NCBI GenBank assembly: GCA_963836075.1
Contig: CAWIIB010000009.1
Span: forward strand, 3,104,001 to 3,168,000
From: an uncultured Acidobacteriota bacterium
GTDB lineage: Bacteria > Acidobacteriota > JAQAZP01
DNA length: 64,000 bases
Direction of reading: 5' to 3'
Under the pieces are notes generated by a model. The model saw only the letters and a program-made list of their open reading frames with translations, was not told where the DNA came from and did no database searches. The translations under genes and the position numbers were made by a program. Shown in pieces: positions 52,368-63,770 of this stretch. How positions within the stretch are numbered: the first letter of the stretch is position 1; each line of letters opens with the position of its first letter.

Positions 52368-54157
52368 GTCCCCTGACGGAGGGTATGGCGGTTGGTTGTA
52401 TGGTGCCGCGGTCACGTCCTCCACCACCAGGGTGAATATATTGTGTCCGGTCAGTGAGCCGAGGGCCGGGATGGTCCGGGCCCAGGAATGATCAGTCGCC
52501 TCCGGTCACCAGGTTGGCGTTGGCGGCCCGCCAGTTGCCGTAGGTCAGGCCTCCGGCCAGCTGGACATTGATCCGGGCGGCCATGGTGCGGGTGGGGCCG
52601 GCGTAGCGGTTGGCCATTCCGGCGGTGATCACAGTCTGGAAGGGCAGGGCGCCAGATTCCGGGACGCAGGTCAGGGATGCTGCCGCCGACGACCAGCCGT
52701 AATGGAATCCCATGTCGGCCTGGCCGGCTGTCGTCCACCCTATCGGTGCGGGTGGTCAGGTCGGCAAGGCTGACCGGACCGTAAGGGGTCTCGTAACCGA
52801 TGTTTGCCGCGGCGTCGTTTCCCGCATCGACACAGGGGCTCTGTCCGGGCTGCCCGGCGGCGGTCTGGCTCAGGTAAAAGTCGCCGGCGGAACCGGACAC
52901 GAAAAGCGGGTCACTCTCCAGCATCCCGTCGCCCCAGATTACCTCGCATTGGGTGCAGACGTCGATGGCCGCCAGGCCGCCCTCCAGGGTGCTGTGGCCG
53001 ATCTGCAGGATGGGCGGGTTGTAGTGCGACACGTTGTATTCCATCCTGATCTCGTATCCACCGGGAGCGCTGTTGCCCCAGATAACGTTGTCGGCGAAGG
53101 TGATCACCGAGTCGGAGAAGTAGCTGTCGAGAATCAGGATGCCGCCCGTGTTCTGGCCCGATATGTTCCCGGTGATGGTGTTGCAGATCACCGTTGACTC
53201 GGAGTGTTGGAACTGCAAGCCGCCGCAGTCACCGGCGGCGATGTTGCCGGCCACCAGGTTGTTGATCATCAGCCCGCCGTCACCGATCATATCCGAACCA
53301 AAAGCCATCCCCCCCACGTCACCGTCGGTCTGGTTGTCGAGTACCACGTTGTTGGCGGCCAGGACCTCACGCCCGGTGGCCGTCATCCCGCCGACCCAGG
53401 TGACCGAACTGTTGTTGGCCACGAGGTTGTCGATGACGATGGCGTTGCCGCTGGAGACCGCCATTCCGCCCACCGTGCCCGCCGACTGGTTGCCGGTGAT
53501 CGTATTCCCGGTGACCACCGCCTGGTCGCCGCGGCACTGGACACCGCCGGCGGCCACGATGGCGCTGTTTCCGGAGACCAGATTGTCGATGATTTCCACC
53601 ATCGATGAGGGGGCGCCATAGATGCCGCCGCCATATTCGGCCTGGTTCTTCTCGATGCGGTTCTCGATGATCAGCGGGTTCACCGTGCTGAAACAGGCGA
53701 TTCCCCCGCCGTAATCAGATGTATTGCCGGTGATCAGGTTGCCCCGGATGGTCGGGTCCGCGCCGCCGGAGACCATGATCCCTCCGCCATACTGGCCGAA
53801 CTCGTCGAGGTAGCCGTTCCTGATGGTGAAGCCCTCGAGCAGCGCATCGCGGGTCTCGTTTTCGTGGAAGAAGAAACCGCGGTGCTGTTCGGACGGACTC
53901 CCCTGGCAGTCGACGATGCAGTCATCCGGTCCGTGCTCCGAGCGGACAATAATCGCCTTACCGCGGAATTCGATGTCCCGGTTGCCTGCACCGGTGTAGA
54001 TACCGTCAGCCACCAATACCGTGTCGCCGTTCACGGCAGTGTCGATCCCGGCCTGGATCGTGGTTTGGTCCGCTGGAACATGGATCACGGCAGCGGTGGA
54101 ATGTGCAGCTGATGCGAGCAGGAAGACGGCGCTGGCCAGCAGGATGATGTTTTTCAT
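52326..54157 (-). CDS. Secreted beta-helix protein with CTD-B (frameshifts near 52725 and 52490-52500)
   Basis: GGAGG RBS, signal peptide, passenger and linker; CTD-B DNA closely matches 54287-54720; ends CQVTGLTP*. Confidence 0.8.
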
Positions 54158-54286
54158 GACCCCTCCCAGGATGAGTCCGGCACGGACGGCGATATGCATG
54201 AAGACATGTATGGCAATAATCGCTATTGAGTTATTGTACATGAAAAGTATACATGCATAAGGAAAACACGGGGGGGGTATCTGTGA

Positions 54287-56555
54287 TCAGGGAGCGATCC
54301 CGGTCACCTGGCAGCTGTCGGTGGCTGAGTCCCCTGACGGGGGGTAGGGCGGCTGGTTGTATGGCGCCGCGGTCACGTCCTCCACCATCAGGGTGAAAAT
54401 ATTGAGTCCGGTCAGTGAGCCGAGGGCCGGGATGGTCTGGGCCCAGGAACTGATCAGGTCGGCCTCCGGTGCCAGGTTGGCATGGCCGGCCCGCCAGTTG
54501 CCGTAGCTCTGTCCTCCGGCCAGCTGGACGTTGATCCGGGCGGCCATGGTGCGGGTGAAGCCGGCGTAGCGGTTGGCCATTCCAGCGGTGATCAGAGTCT
54601 GGAAGGGCAGGGTGCCCGATTCCGGCAGGCAGGTCAGGGATGCTGCAGCCGACGTCCAGCCGTAGTGGAACCCCATGTCGGCCTGGCCCGTATCGTTCAC
54701 CCGGTCGGTGCGGGTGGTGCAGCGGCCGATACGGGGGACGCTTGCTGCCACCGGTGGACAGGTCTCTTCCGCCAGGTTGCTGCCGGCATCGAGACAGGGG
54801 CTGTCGGCCAGCTGTCCGGCTGCCCGTTGGCTGAGATAGAACGGACCGTCCGGGCCGCTGAGGAAAAGCGGGTTGGCGTCGATGTTGCCGTTGGTCAGCG
54901 TGCCGGCCTCGATGTTGTTGAACCGGGTGTACCAGTCCCTGCCCTGCCAGACCTGGCTGTGGAGGTACGGCTGGTCGGGGGCGTTGTTGCGGATGATGTT
55001 GTTGGTCAGCGCCGGCTTGGAGAGGAAGCAGAGGATGGCTGCCGTCTCCTCGTAGGGGTACTCCTGGTTGTGCACCGGGTTGCCGGAGATGGTGTTGCTG
55101 ATCAGCCGGGGGTAGGAGTAGGCGCAGTAGATGGCCGAGGCGTTGACCAGCACATGGTTGTCGGTGAAAAGACTGTTGTAGATCACCGGTGAAGCGTCGT
55201 AGAGATACACGGCGCCGCCGTATTCGGCGAGGTTGCTGCTGAAGACGCAGCCGGCAATGGTCAGCCTGGAAAACCCGATGGCCGAGACCGCCCCGCCGCC
55301 GAACTCGTAGTCTTCCAGTGTGGCGTCCACCGCCTTGCCGTATTCGATGCGGCAGTATTCCAGCCGGCTGCCCGGGTTGGTGGCCGCCGTGCCGTGGAAG
55401 CGGATACCGTTCCAGCAGCCGGTGAGCGTGCGGTCCAGGTTGAAATCCGCCGGCCGGTCGGTGGTGAAGGTGATCATCGACCGGGGTGAGCCCACGGCAA
55501 TGAGTGTCCCCTGGACCGCGAGGCGGTGGAATCCTTCGAACTCCACCCGGGTGCCGGGGGTGACAGTCAGGGTCACCCCGTCATCCACGGTGACGTCGCC
55601 CACCACCCGCACCAGGTCGGCGTTCCAGGTGGTGTTCACCGCTACCGGGCCGGAGACGACCATCTCGTCACGCCGCGGGATGGTCAGGGGTAGCGGTGGT
55701 TCCTTGCTGTCCGGCCTGGCGGCACGATTGTCCCGGGTAAAGGTCTGGCAGCCGTACCCGGCGGCCGGCGATCCGGGGGCCAGGCTGTAGTCGCCGTTCG
55801 CCGGGTCGGCCAGCTGGGGGTCGGTGCCCACCACGTTGTTCCAGGGGGCCGAACCGGCCCCGTCCCATGGCTGGGGGGCGAATCAGCCGTAGTCGCAGAG
55901 CAGGCCGTAGTGCCGCAGGGCGTTGCTGTTGACCGCCGGGTCGGAGAACCAGGTCCAGTTGTGGTGCACATCCGGGCCGTTGATCCACCCCGGCAGCTCA
56001 CTCATGGCAACGGCCAGGCCGGTGGGCAGCCAGTCGTTGGCCGAGCCGTTGAGGTAGTGCACATCGGGACCCGTGTCCAGCGGATCGACCACGATGTTGT
56101 GGTCCAGTTCGATGTTCCGTGCGCTGGAGAGCAGCCGCACCGCGTAGTCGTGGGGCTGGTAGAAAGTGACGTTGCGCACGAAGCCGGCCGGCCAGTGGTC
56201 GGTGGAGCTGTCCTGATAGCCGCGGTAGCGGATATTGCCGCCCAGGATCACACAGTCGTCGATGTCCAGCCGGTTGCTGCAGTAGGAGATGCAGACCTCC
56301 GCCCCCTGCAGGTCGAGGATCGCCCCGTTACCCACGATCCGCACGTCCTCGCCGCCCGGCTAGAAACTGGGCGGTGATGCGGTTGAAGGTCCCGCCGATG
56401 AGCAGCCCGCCGGTATAGGTCACCCCGGTTTCCAGCACGATGTAGCGGTCGTAGCCCATGGCCGGAGACGCGGCGTCATGCATCTCTTTCAGCGTGGTGG
56501 CGAAGAGCGGCTGGCACAGGGCCAGGGCGAGGATGAAGGGGAGAATTGTGCGCAT
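54287..56555 (-). CDS. Putative selenoprotein of a family I do not recognise: secreted protein with CDYG-U motif, second beta-helix domain and CTD-B (UGA 55883-55885; frameshift near 56360)
   Basis: ORFs 55883..56344 and 54287..55834 are in the same frame, separated only by TGA plus 16 sense codons (LLCDYG-U-FAPQPWDGAGSAPWNNVVGTDP); hairpin at 55845-55861. Confidence 0.7.
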
Positions 56556-56632
56556 CGAACATCCAGTGCGGTTTAAGGACAGAACACACCCTCAATATAG
56601 GGTGTTTCGGTCGGGATGGCAAACAGGGGAGC

Positions 56633-59123
56633 TCAGGGGGAAATGGCCGCCACCGCGGCATTGCTCCCGTGGGTCCAGTCCCCGGGATAGGCCTCGAGGG
56701 AGAAGAGCAGGGAGAGATTCCCTTCCTGGTAGCTGTAGACCTTGACCGTCGATCCCATCCGGGGATCGGGCCCGGGGCAGACCACGAACTCGTCCCGGCC
56801 GTCACCGTTCAGGTCGGTGCAGGGGCCGACCCGGGCTCCAAAGCGTGCTTCAGCCGGGTCCCAGGCGAAGAAACCGAACCCGTCCAGTTCGCCCACCGCG
56901 AGACCGTCGAAGTTCCAGCCCCGGATGTGCGCGCCGAATGCCGGGGATGGTCCGGGTGCGGTGACCATCTCGTCGATCCCGTCACCGTCCACATCGCAGC
57001 AGGTGACATTGAGCCCGTATCTTGGTGTGTTGTAGGCGAAGAAACTCACCGCCGGGATGGCCGCGGCGGTTGCGCCGTCCACGTTCCAGCCCCGGACGTG
57101 CGCTCCGTAGATCGGGCCCGGACCGGCGCCGGTGACGATCTCGTCAAAGCCGTCGCCGTCGATATCGCCGGCGCTGACCTTAACCCCCCATTTGGGTGTG
57201 CCGTAGGCGAAGTAGCTGACCCCGGGCACTGCGGAAACAGTGGTATCTGGTGTAGGAGAAAGCACGGACGTGCGGGCCGAACACCGCCCCGGGGCCCGCG
57301 CCGGTGATGATCTCGTCCTTGCCGTCGCCATCGAGGTCGCCGGCCGCCACGTTGACCCCCCACTTGTTGGTGCCGTAGGCCAGGAAGTTGAGGCCGTCCA
57401 CGGGCTCGCCGTCGATGGTAAAGCCGCGCACATGGGGGCCGTAGATGGCTCCGGGGCCGGCGCCGGTGAGCAGTTCGCTCCCCGGGTACCGTCCACGTCG
57501 CCGGTGGCCACGTTGACCCCGAAATTCGACGCGCCGTAGGCTGCGAACTCGAGGGTGTGTGCGGCATCCTGCACTGCAGGGAAGACACGGACCAGGGGCG
57601 GGTTGTCCTCGGCCGGGCCCGGCCCGGTGATAATCATCGCGCTGCCCAGACCCGGGTAGTGAAACCCCATGTCCACCATGCCGACGATCGGTCACCCGGT
57701 CGGTGCGGGTGGACAACGTGGAGAGGGAGACCAGCCCGTCGGGGGTGTCGAAGCTGATGTCGGCGGCAGGTTCGCTTCCCGTGTCCACGCAGGGGCTCTC
57801 CTCGGCTTGCCCGGCTGCAAGCTGGCTCAGGTAGTGGTCGCCGTCGGGCCCGGTTGTAAAGAGAGGGTCGGCGTCGATCATGCCGTCGCCCCAGGTCAGA
57901 TTGCACTGGGGGCAGACATCAACGGCGTCGATTCCGCCCATGATATCGGAGTGACCGATCTCCATGTAGGGCGGGCCCCAGGTATCGCTGACTTCCAGCT
58001 TGATCTTGTACCCCTCTGGGGCAGATGTTGTCCCAGACGATGTTGTTGACGAACTCCAGGGGCCGGTCGTCATAGTTGCTGCCGTGGACCATCACCCCGC
58101 CCACTTCCTGGCCTTCGTTCCCGATGAAGGTGTTGTTCGTCACCGTGGCCCAGGCCAGGCTGAACCAGGCCCCACCGACAGGCGCCCGCGGCCCGGTTGC
58201 GGGCGACCACGTTGTTGATGAACACGCCGTAGTCCACCGGGTAGGTGGAAAAGGAGACCCCGCCGAGGAAGCCCTGGTCTCGTTGTCCACGATCACGTTG
58301 TCGGCCACCAGACTGGTTCTCGCCGCCCACCGCCATGCCGCCTACCCACCGTCTACGGACTGGTTGCCGGCGATCAGGTTGCCGATGATCGAGGCCCCCG
58401 GTTCGGCCAGCACATGAAGCCCGCCGACCGCCGTCCACGGCATCGTTGTTGGTGATCGTGTTGTCGGTGATGAACGGGGCGGCTGAACTCGGATCCGGAT
58501 ACCCCCGCCGGAGTATGAGGCGCTGTTCCCGCTGATCACGTTGTCCATGATGACTGGAACACGTCGGCGCCACCGTAGATCCCGCCGCCCGCGAAGCGCC
58601 TGATTGCCTACGATCCGGTTCCCTGTGATCAGCGGGCCTGCATTGCCGTAAAGGGAGATGCCGCCGCCGCTGCTTCACCGAAGTTACCGGTGATGATGTT
58701 GTTGCGGATAGTTGGGCTGGCGTGGTTTTGAACTGGCGATGCCACCGCCGTAGTTGGCGTCCGGGCTGTTGTAGCCGTTTCTGATGGTGAAGCCTTCCAA
58801 TACGGATCCCCGGCTCTCGCGCTCGTGGAAGAAGAAGCCCGCGGTGGGGATCCGCCTCGCTGCCCTGGCAGTCGATGATGCAGCTTTCCGGGCCGTTCTC
58901 CGAGCGGACGGTGATTGCCTTGCCGAGGAAGTCGATGTCCCGGTTGCCCTCACCGGTGTAGATCCCGTCGGCCACCAGCACCACGTCCTCGAGTCTGGCG
59001 GCATCGATGCCGGCCTGGATGGTGGGCTGGTCGCCGGGGACATGGATGATGTCGGCGTGCAAAACAACAGATAAAACGAGAAGGATAAGAAATGTGATCG
59101 GAACAAGTGCCTTGTCGCATCAT
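56633..59123 (-). CDS. Secreted beta-helix protein with CTD-A (many frameshifts, probably sequencing error)
   Basis: Colinear fragments in alternating frames: HADIIHVPGDQPTIQAG, DADPLF..YLSQ, TRTD..DMGFHY, GAGPG..GPHVR, HGSNAAVAAISP*. Confidence 0.7.
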
Positions 59124-59131
59124 CGTCTCTC

Positions 59132-61386
59132 CTATCTCATCCACCCGGCGGTGGCGTTGCTGCCGTGACTCCAGCCGGCGGGGAAGGTGTCAAAACTGAG
59201 AATCTGTTCTATGTCATCATCGACATAACGGTAGATTCCTGCCGGTGAGCCACATGTCCGGGTCGGGGCCGGCGGTGACCAGGAACTCGTCGCGGCCGTC
59301 GAAGTCGAGGTCGGCGGCTTTGCCCACCCGTGCTCCGTAGCGCGCTTCCGCCGGGTCCCAGGCAAAGAAACTGAAATTGGGCATGGCGGTGGTCTCCTGG
59401 CCGTCCCAGCGCCAGCCGCGGATGTGGGCGCCGAACTGGCTCGAGGGACCGGGAGAGGTGATCATCTCGTCCACCCCGTCGCCGTTGACGTCGGCGCAGC
59501 AGACGTTGACCCCGTATTTCCAGGTGCCGTAGGCCATGAAGCCCATGTTGTGGATCACTTCGGCCGTGCCCCCGTCCACATTCCAGCCCCGGACGTGGGG
59601 GCCGAATACAGCACCCGGGCCGGGACCGGTGACGATCTCGTCGAAACCGTCGCCGTCGATGTCGCCGGCGGTGAGGTTGACGCCCCACTTCAGCGTGGAG
59701 TAGGCGAAGAAGTTGACGCCGGAAAGCGAGGAGACGCCGCTGCCGGGTGTGTAGGAGAAGGCCCGGACGTGGGGGCCGAACACATCGCCCGGTCCGGCGC
59801 CGGTGATGATCTCGTCTCTGCCATTGCCGTCCAGGTCACCCAGTGCCACGTTGACACCGAATTTGAGTGTGCCGTAGGCCATGAAGTTGAGGTCCTGGAT
59901 CGGGGTGCTGTCCGATTCGAAGCCCCGCACGTGGGGGCCGTAGATGTCGCCCGGTCCGGGGCCGGTGATGATCTCCAGGGCCAGGTCGCCGTCCGGGTCG
60001 CCGCAGGCCACGTTTACTCCGTAACTCGATGCGCCGTACGCCGCAAACTCCCGGATGGGCAGTGGGATGTCTCCCTGGGACATGACCCGGACCAGCGGCG
60101 GATTCAGTTCCGAGGGCCCGGGGCCGGCCACGATGCCCAGGGCCGGGTAGTGGTAGCCGATATCAATGGTGCCGGTATCCGGGTAACCGTCGGTGCGGGT
60201 GACGCCCAGCGGGACCTCGGTGGCCGGGTCGCCGGCATCGACACAGGGGCTGTCCACGGGCTGGCCGGCAGCCTCCTGGCCCAGGTAATACCCGCCCTGC
60301 GGCCCATTGACAAAGAGCGGGTCGGCGCTGATCATGCCCGGCCCCCAGGTGTAGGACGCATCGTCCTCCACCTGGATCGCCGATTCGCCGTTGATCAGGT
60401 TGGAGTAACGGATGTCGAGAGTCTGGTTGTTGTCGATAAGGATGTGTCCGGTGATGATGCAGTTGGTGACCCGGAGATGGTCGCTGTACCGAGGATTCGA
60501 TGTTGGTGATGATATTGCCGTCAAGAATCAGGTCGCCGCTGCCCCGCATCGACATGAGGTCGCTGCAGCTCAGCGTGTCATTGATGAAAATGTTGTTGCG
60601 CACGGTGCCGGAGCAGGTCCAGAGCCCGTCACCGTAGTGGGCACTGTTACCGATGAAGACGTTCCCCTCGACCAGCCTTCCATACTTCACTCCGCCGCCG
60701 TAGCCCTCACCCTGCCCACCCCCTGCGCGGTTGCTCTCGATGAGATTACCGATGATCATGCAGTCGCCGCGCGCAAGAATGCCCCCACCATCGGAATCCG
60801 AATATCGTTGAGTGGTTGAGTTGTCGTAGATCCAGTTGTCTGCGATCAGTGGCGATCCACCATAGGTGTCAATGCCCCCACCCGATCCCCAGGCTCCGTT
60901 CCTGGAGATGGTGTTATTGAAGATTTTCGGTGATCCCCCGAAATTTTTTATTCCGGCTCCGGACACGAGAACATCTACCCAATATTCCCCCCAGCCGTTG
61001 AGGGAAATGATATTGCCGGTAATGGTTGGAGAGGAGTCCTCACAGTAGATCCCTCCGCCCACGGCGTTGGTGATAGTGAATCCCCCGATGAATGCACTGG
61101 GGCCTTCACCATTGGCAAAGGTCACCGCCCTTTCCTCATGGAAACTCCCGTCTATCATTGTCAGTACAGGTCCGGCTGAACTGCGGACGACGATGTTCTT
61201 CCCCAGAAAACTGATGGGGTCATAATAGGTGCCGGGGCCCACCATTACCGTGTCACCGTCCACCGCCGCGTCGATGCCGGCCTGGATCGTGGGCTGGTCG
61301 CCGGGAACGTGGATGGTGGCGGCGGGGAGCTGAACCGCCGGAATGAGGAGGATGAGTATCCAGACGATGATCAGCAGCCGGGCCAT
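59132..61386 (-). CDS. Secreted beta-helix protein with CTD-A (frameshifts near 60495 and 59240)
   Basis: ORFs 60163..61407, 59217..60524 and 59132..59365 are consecutive parts of the family architecture. Confidence 0.78.
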
Positions 61387-61483
61387 GGCGTTCTCCGTAG
61401 TTTTCATGCAGTGATGAGACGGAGCACTGACGCAATTCTACCGCATTTGTGATTGTCCATGAAAAATAATGCAGGTGCCGGAA

Positions 61484-62257
61484 TTACCCGTGCACGTAAT
61501 CCCCGATGTGGCGGATGCGGTCCAGTTCGTCCGCGGTGAGCGGGCCCTGGTTGAGGGCCTGGAGCCCCTGGTCCATCTCCTCCTCGCTGCGCGGGCCGGC
61601 CAGGCAGACATCCACTGCGGGGTGGCTGAGGACAAAGCGGTAACACTCGGCGGCGGTGAGGGCGGTTGCGCCGGGCGGCATCTTTCGCTGCTTGAGCAGC
61701 CGGCCCCAGCGGGTGGCGGTGTAGGTGACGATGCCCGGGGGCCGGTCGGGGAGACCGTCGAAGATCTCGCTTTCCGCGCCACGGTGGGCGGCGCTGTAGC
61801 GGATCATCTGTACGTCGAAGGGCGAGTCGGGGTCGCGGGCGGTTGCGCCGTGGAACTGCCGGTTGTGGCCGGTGAAACCGAGGAAGCGGACCTTGCCCTC
61901 TTCCTTCAGCTTTTGTGCCATGTCGAGCAGCCGGGCGGGCGGCATGCGGTTGAACCAGCCGAGAAAAAGGAGTTCCGCCTGTTCGATGCCCAGGGTGCGG
62001 AGTGCACTCTCCACCGAGCGGTTGAGCCACAGGCCCAGGTGGTCGTAACTCTGGATGGCCACCACCAGGTTGTCCCGCTGTGATGTGAGCAGGGGGCGCA
62101 GGGCGTCACGCATGCCCGGTTTGCGGGTTTCCCAGTAGAAGAAGTTGATCCCGTAGTCGTTAAAGGCGCGCTCCACCGCTTTTTGCGGCGCTTTGTATCC
62201 CCCGGCCAGACCGATCCGGCTGACGGCCAGCCCGGTCCGGCCGAGGGTTGTTTTCAA
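61484..62257 (-). CDS. Aldo/keto reductase family protein (start uncertain)
   Basis: TLGRTGLAVSRIGL, SVESALRTLG, KEEGKVRFLGFTGH, RFVLSHPAVDVCLAGP. Confidence 0.85.
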   Translation of the reverse strand: MKTTLGRTGLAVSRIGLAGGYKAPQKAVERAFNDYGINFFYWETRKPGMRDALRPLLTSQRDNLVVAIQSYDHLGLWLNRSVESALRTLGIEQAELLFLGWFNRMPPARLLDMAQKLKEEGKVRFLGFTGHNRQFHGATARDPDSPFDVQMIRYSAAHRGAESEIFDGLPDRPPGIVTYTATRWGRLLKQRKMPPGATALTAAECYRFVLSHPAVDVCLAGPRSEEEMDQGLQALNQGPLTADELDRIRHIGDYVHG

Positions 62258-62282
62258 CTGGAAGGTCGAATCCGAAATACAC

Positions 62283-63584
62283 CTACTCCTGGCTGGCAGG
62301 GGCCTTGTCCATGTCTTCCTTGATCTTCTCGATCCGTTCCACATACTGGGTGTTTTTGCCGCCGCTCATCTCCAGGGCCTGCTGTTCGGTCTCCAGGGCC
62401 AGCTGGTGGTCGCCCATCATCCACTGGACCATGCTCATGGTGTCCAGCAGGTTGTCGTCCGCCGGGTCGATCTCGGTTGCACGCTGGATCGCCTGGAGCG
62501 CGCTGTCGAGGTTTTTCTCCTGCAGGGCCCAGAACCAGGCGTAGCCGTTCAGCGTGGGGGCGTCATCGGCCATGAACGGCGCGATGTAGTCCTCACCGTA
62601 GACCGCCAGTGCCTTCTCGTCCAGGCCGGCCTTGATATAGAGCCGGGCCAGCTCGGGATTGATGTGGGAATCAGGTTCGAATGTCTCCAGCGATGTGAGG
62701 TGGTCGGCCAGTTCAACAGCCCGTTCGGTATTGTATCCGGTCTGGGTGCTGGCGCTGATGTAGGTGCTGAGCAGCGGGATCTCGTCGGGATACTGTTCAA
62801 TGAGCATCTCGGCCACGCCGAAGCCCCCTTCGCGGGTGGCGTCCCGGCTCATCTCGCGCCGCAGGAGATCGAACGCCGTGCCCCGCAGGCTGCTCTCCGG
62901 GTAGTCGGCCAGCGTTTCCGGGATCCGTTCCGGCTTCTCGTAGAGCTGCATGAACCGGGCGAACTCCAGGGCGTTGATCTCTTCGTGGTTGTCGCCCAGG
63001 GGCAGGGTGAGGGCCGCCGTCTCATCCGCCCGCTGGACCAGGGTTCGGACAAAAGGCGCCATGTCGTCATAGCTGTAGTTGCCCTTGTGCTTGCGGGCCA
63101 GCCGGGCCACGGTGGCCAAATCTTCCGGGTTCTCGGCAAAGGCCCGGCGCAGGGCCAGCAGGGTGTACTCTCCGGTGTAGGCCTGCTCCAGCCTGGTGCG
63201 GTATTCGGCCGCTGGCGGGCCGTATCCCACCAACCGGTCGATCTCCTCGCCCTGGTCATTGAGCACCAGCACCGCGGGGGTGCCGCGGATCTTGAACTTC
63301 TCGAAGAGCGTCTTGCCCAGATCCTCGGTGGAGTCGGCGTGGACCAGGACAAAGGTGCTGCTGAGGTATTCGGCGAACTCGCTGTTGTTGAAAAATTGCT
63401 GATCCAGCAATTTGCAGGGGCCTCACGTGGGTGAATAGAAGTCGATGAGGATCAGCTTGTTCTCGGCCCGGGCCTGCTCCTGTGCCGCCTCGAAGGTTTC
63501 CCCTTCGAACCAGAACGGCGCCTGCTGGCAACCCGCGGCGGTGAGCAGCATCAGGATTGAAAGTAGTGTGAGGCCTTTTCGCAT
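62283..63584 (-). CDS. Putative selenoprotein: lipoprotein with UxxC thioredoxin-like domain and TPR region (UGA 63423-63425)
   Basis: AGGAG RBS; lipobox-like TAAG-C; KLILIDFYSPT-U-GPCKLLD in frame with ORF 62283..63410; GTP cis-Pro loop; hairpin AAATTGCTG-GAT-CAGCAATTT at 63393-63413. Confidence 0.88.
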
Positions 63585-63770
63585 GGTACGGATGCTCCTT
63601 TTTGATGTTCTATTCATTTCCCTGCGTAATTTTTGTCATTGCTTCGCTGGCAATGACGGTGCGGGGCAAGGTCGACTCTCCTCGCTTTTAAAATTGCCAG
63701 CTGTTCCTCTTGCGGAACAGATGCAACAAACGGTGACCCCATTCTGTTGCACACCCCTTCTATAACGAGA

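Noticed and set aside
52326-54720. Diversity-generating retroelement TR/VR pair
   Set aside because: No reverse transcriptase in the window, both copies are coding gene ends, and the differences are not restricted to adenines
56633-61386. Programmed frameshifting or phase variation
   Set aside because: The indels are scattered in varied contexts with no long slippery tracts; sequencing error is the simpler explanation
37578-63425. Alternative genetic code (UGA = Trp or Gly)
   Set aside because: Many genes here clearly end in TGA (cutC, 23799, the peptides, prxU itself), and three of the four in-frame UGAs sit at catalytic Cys positions
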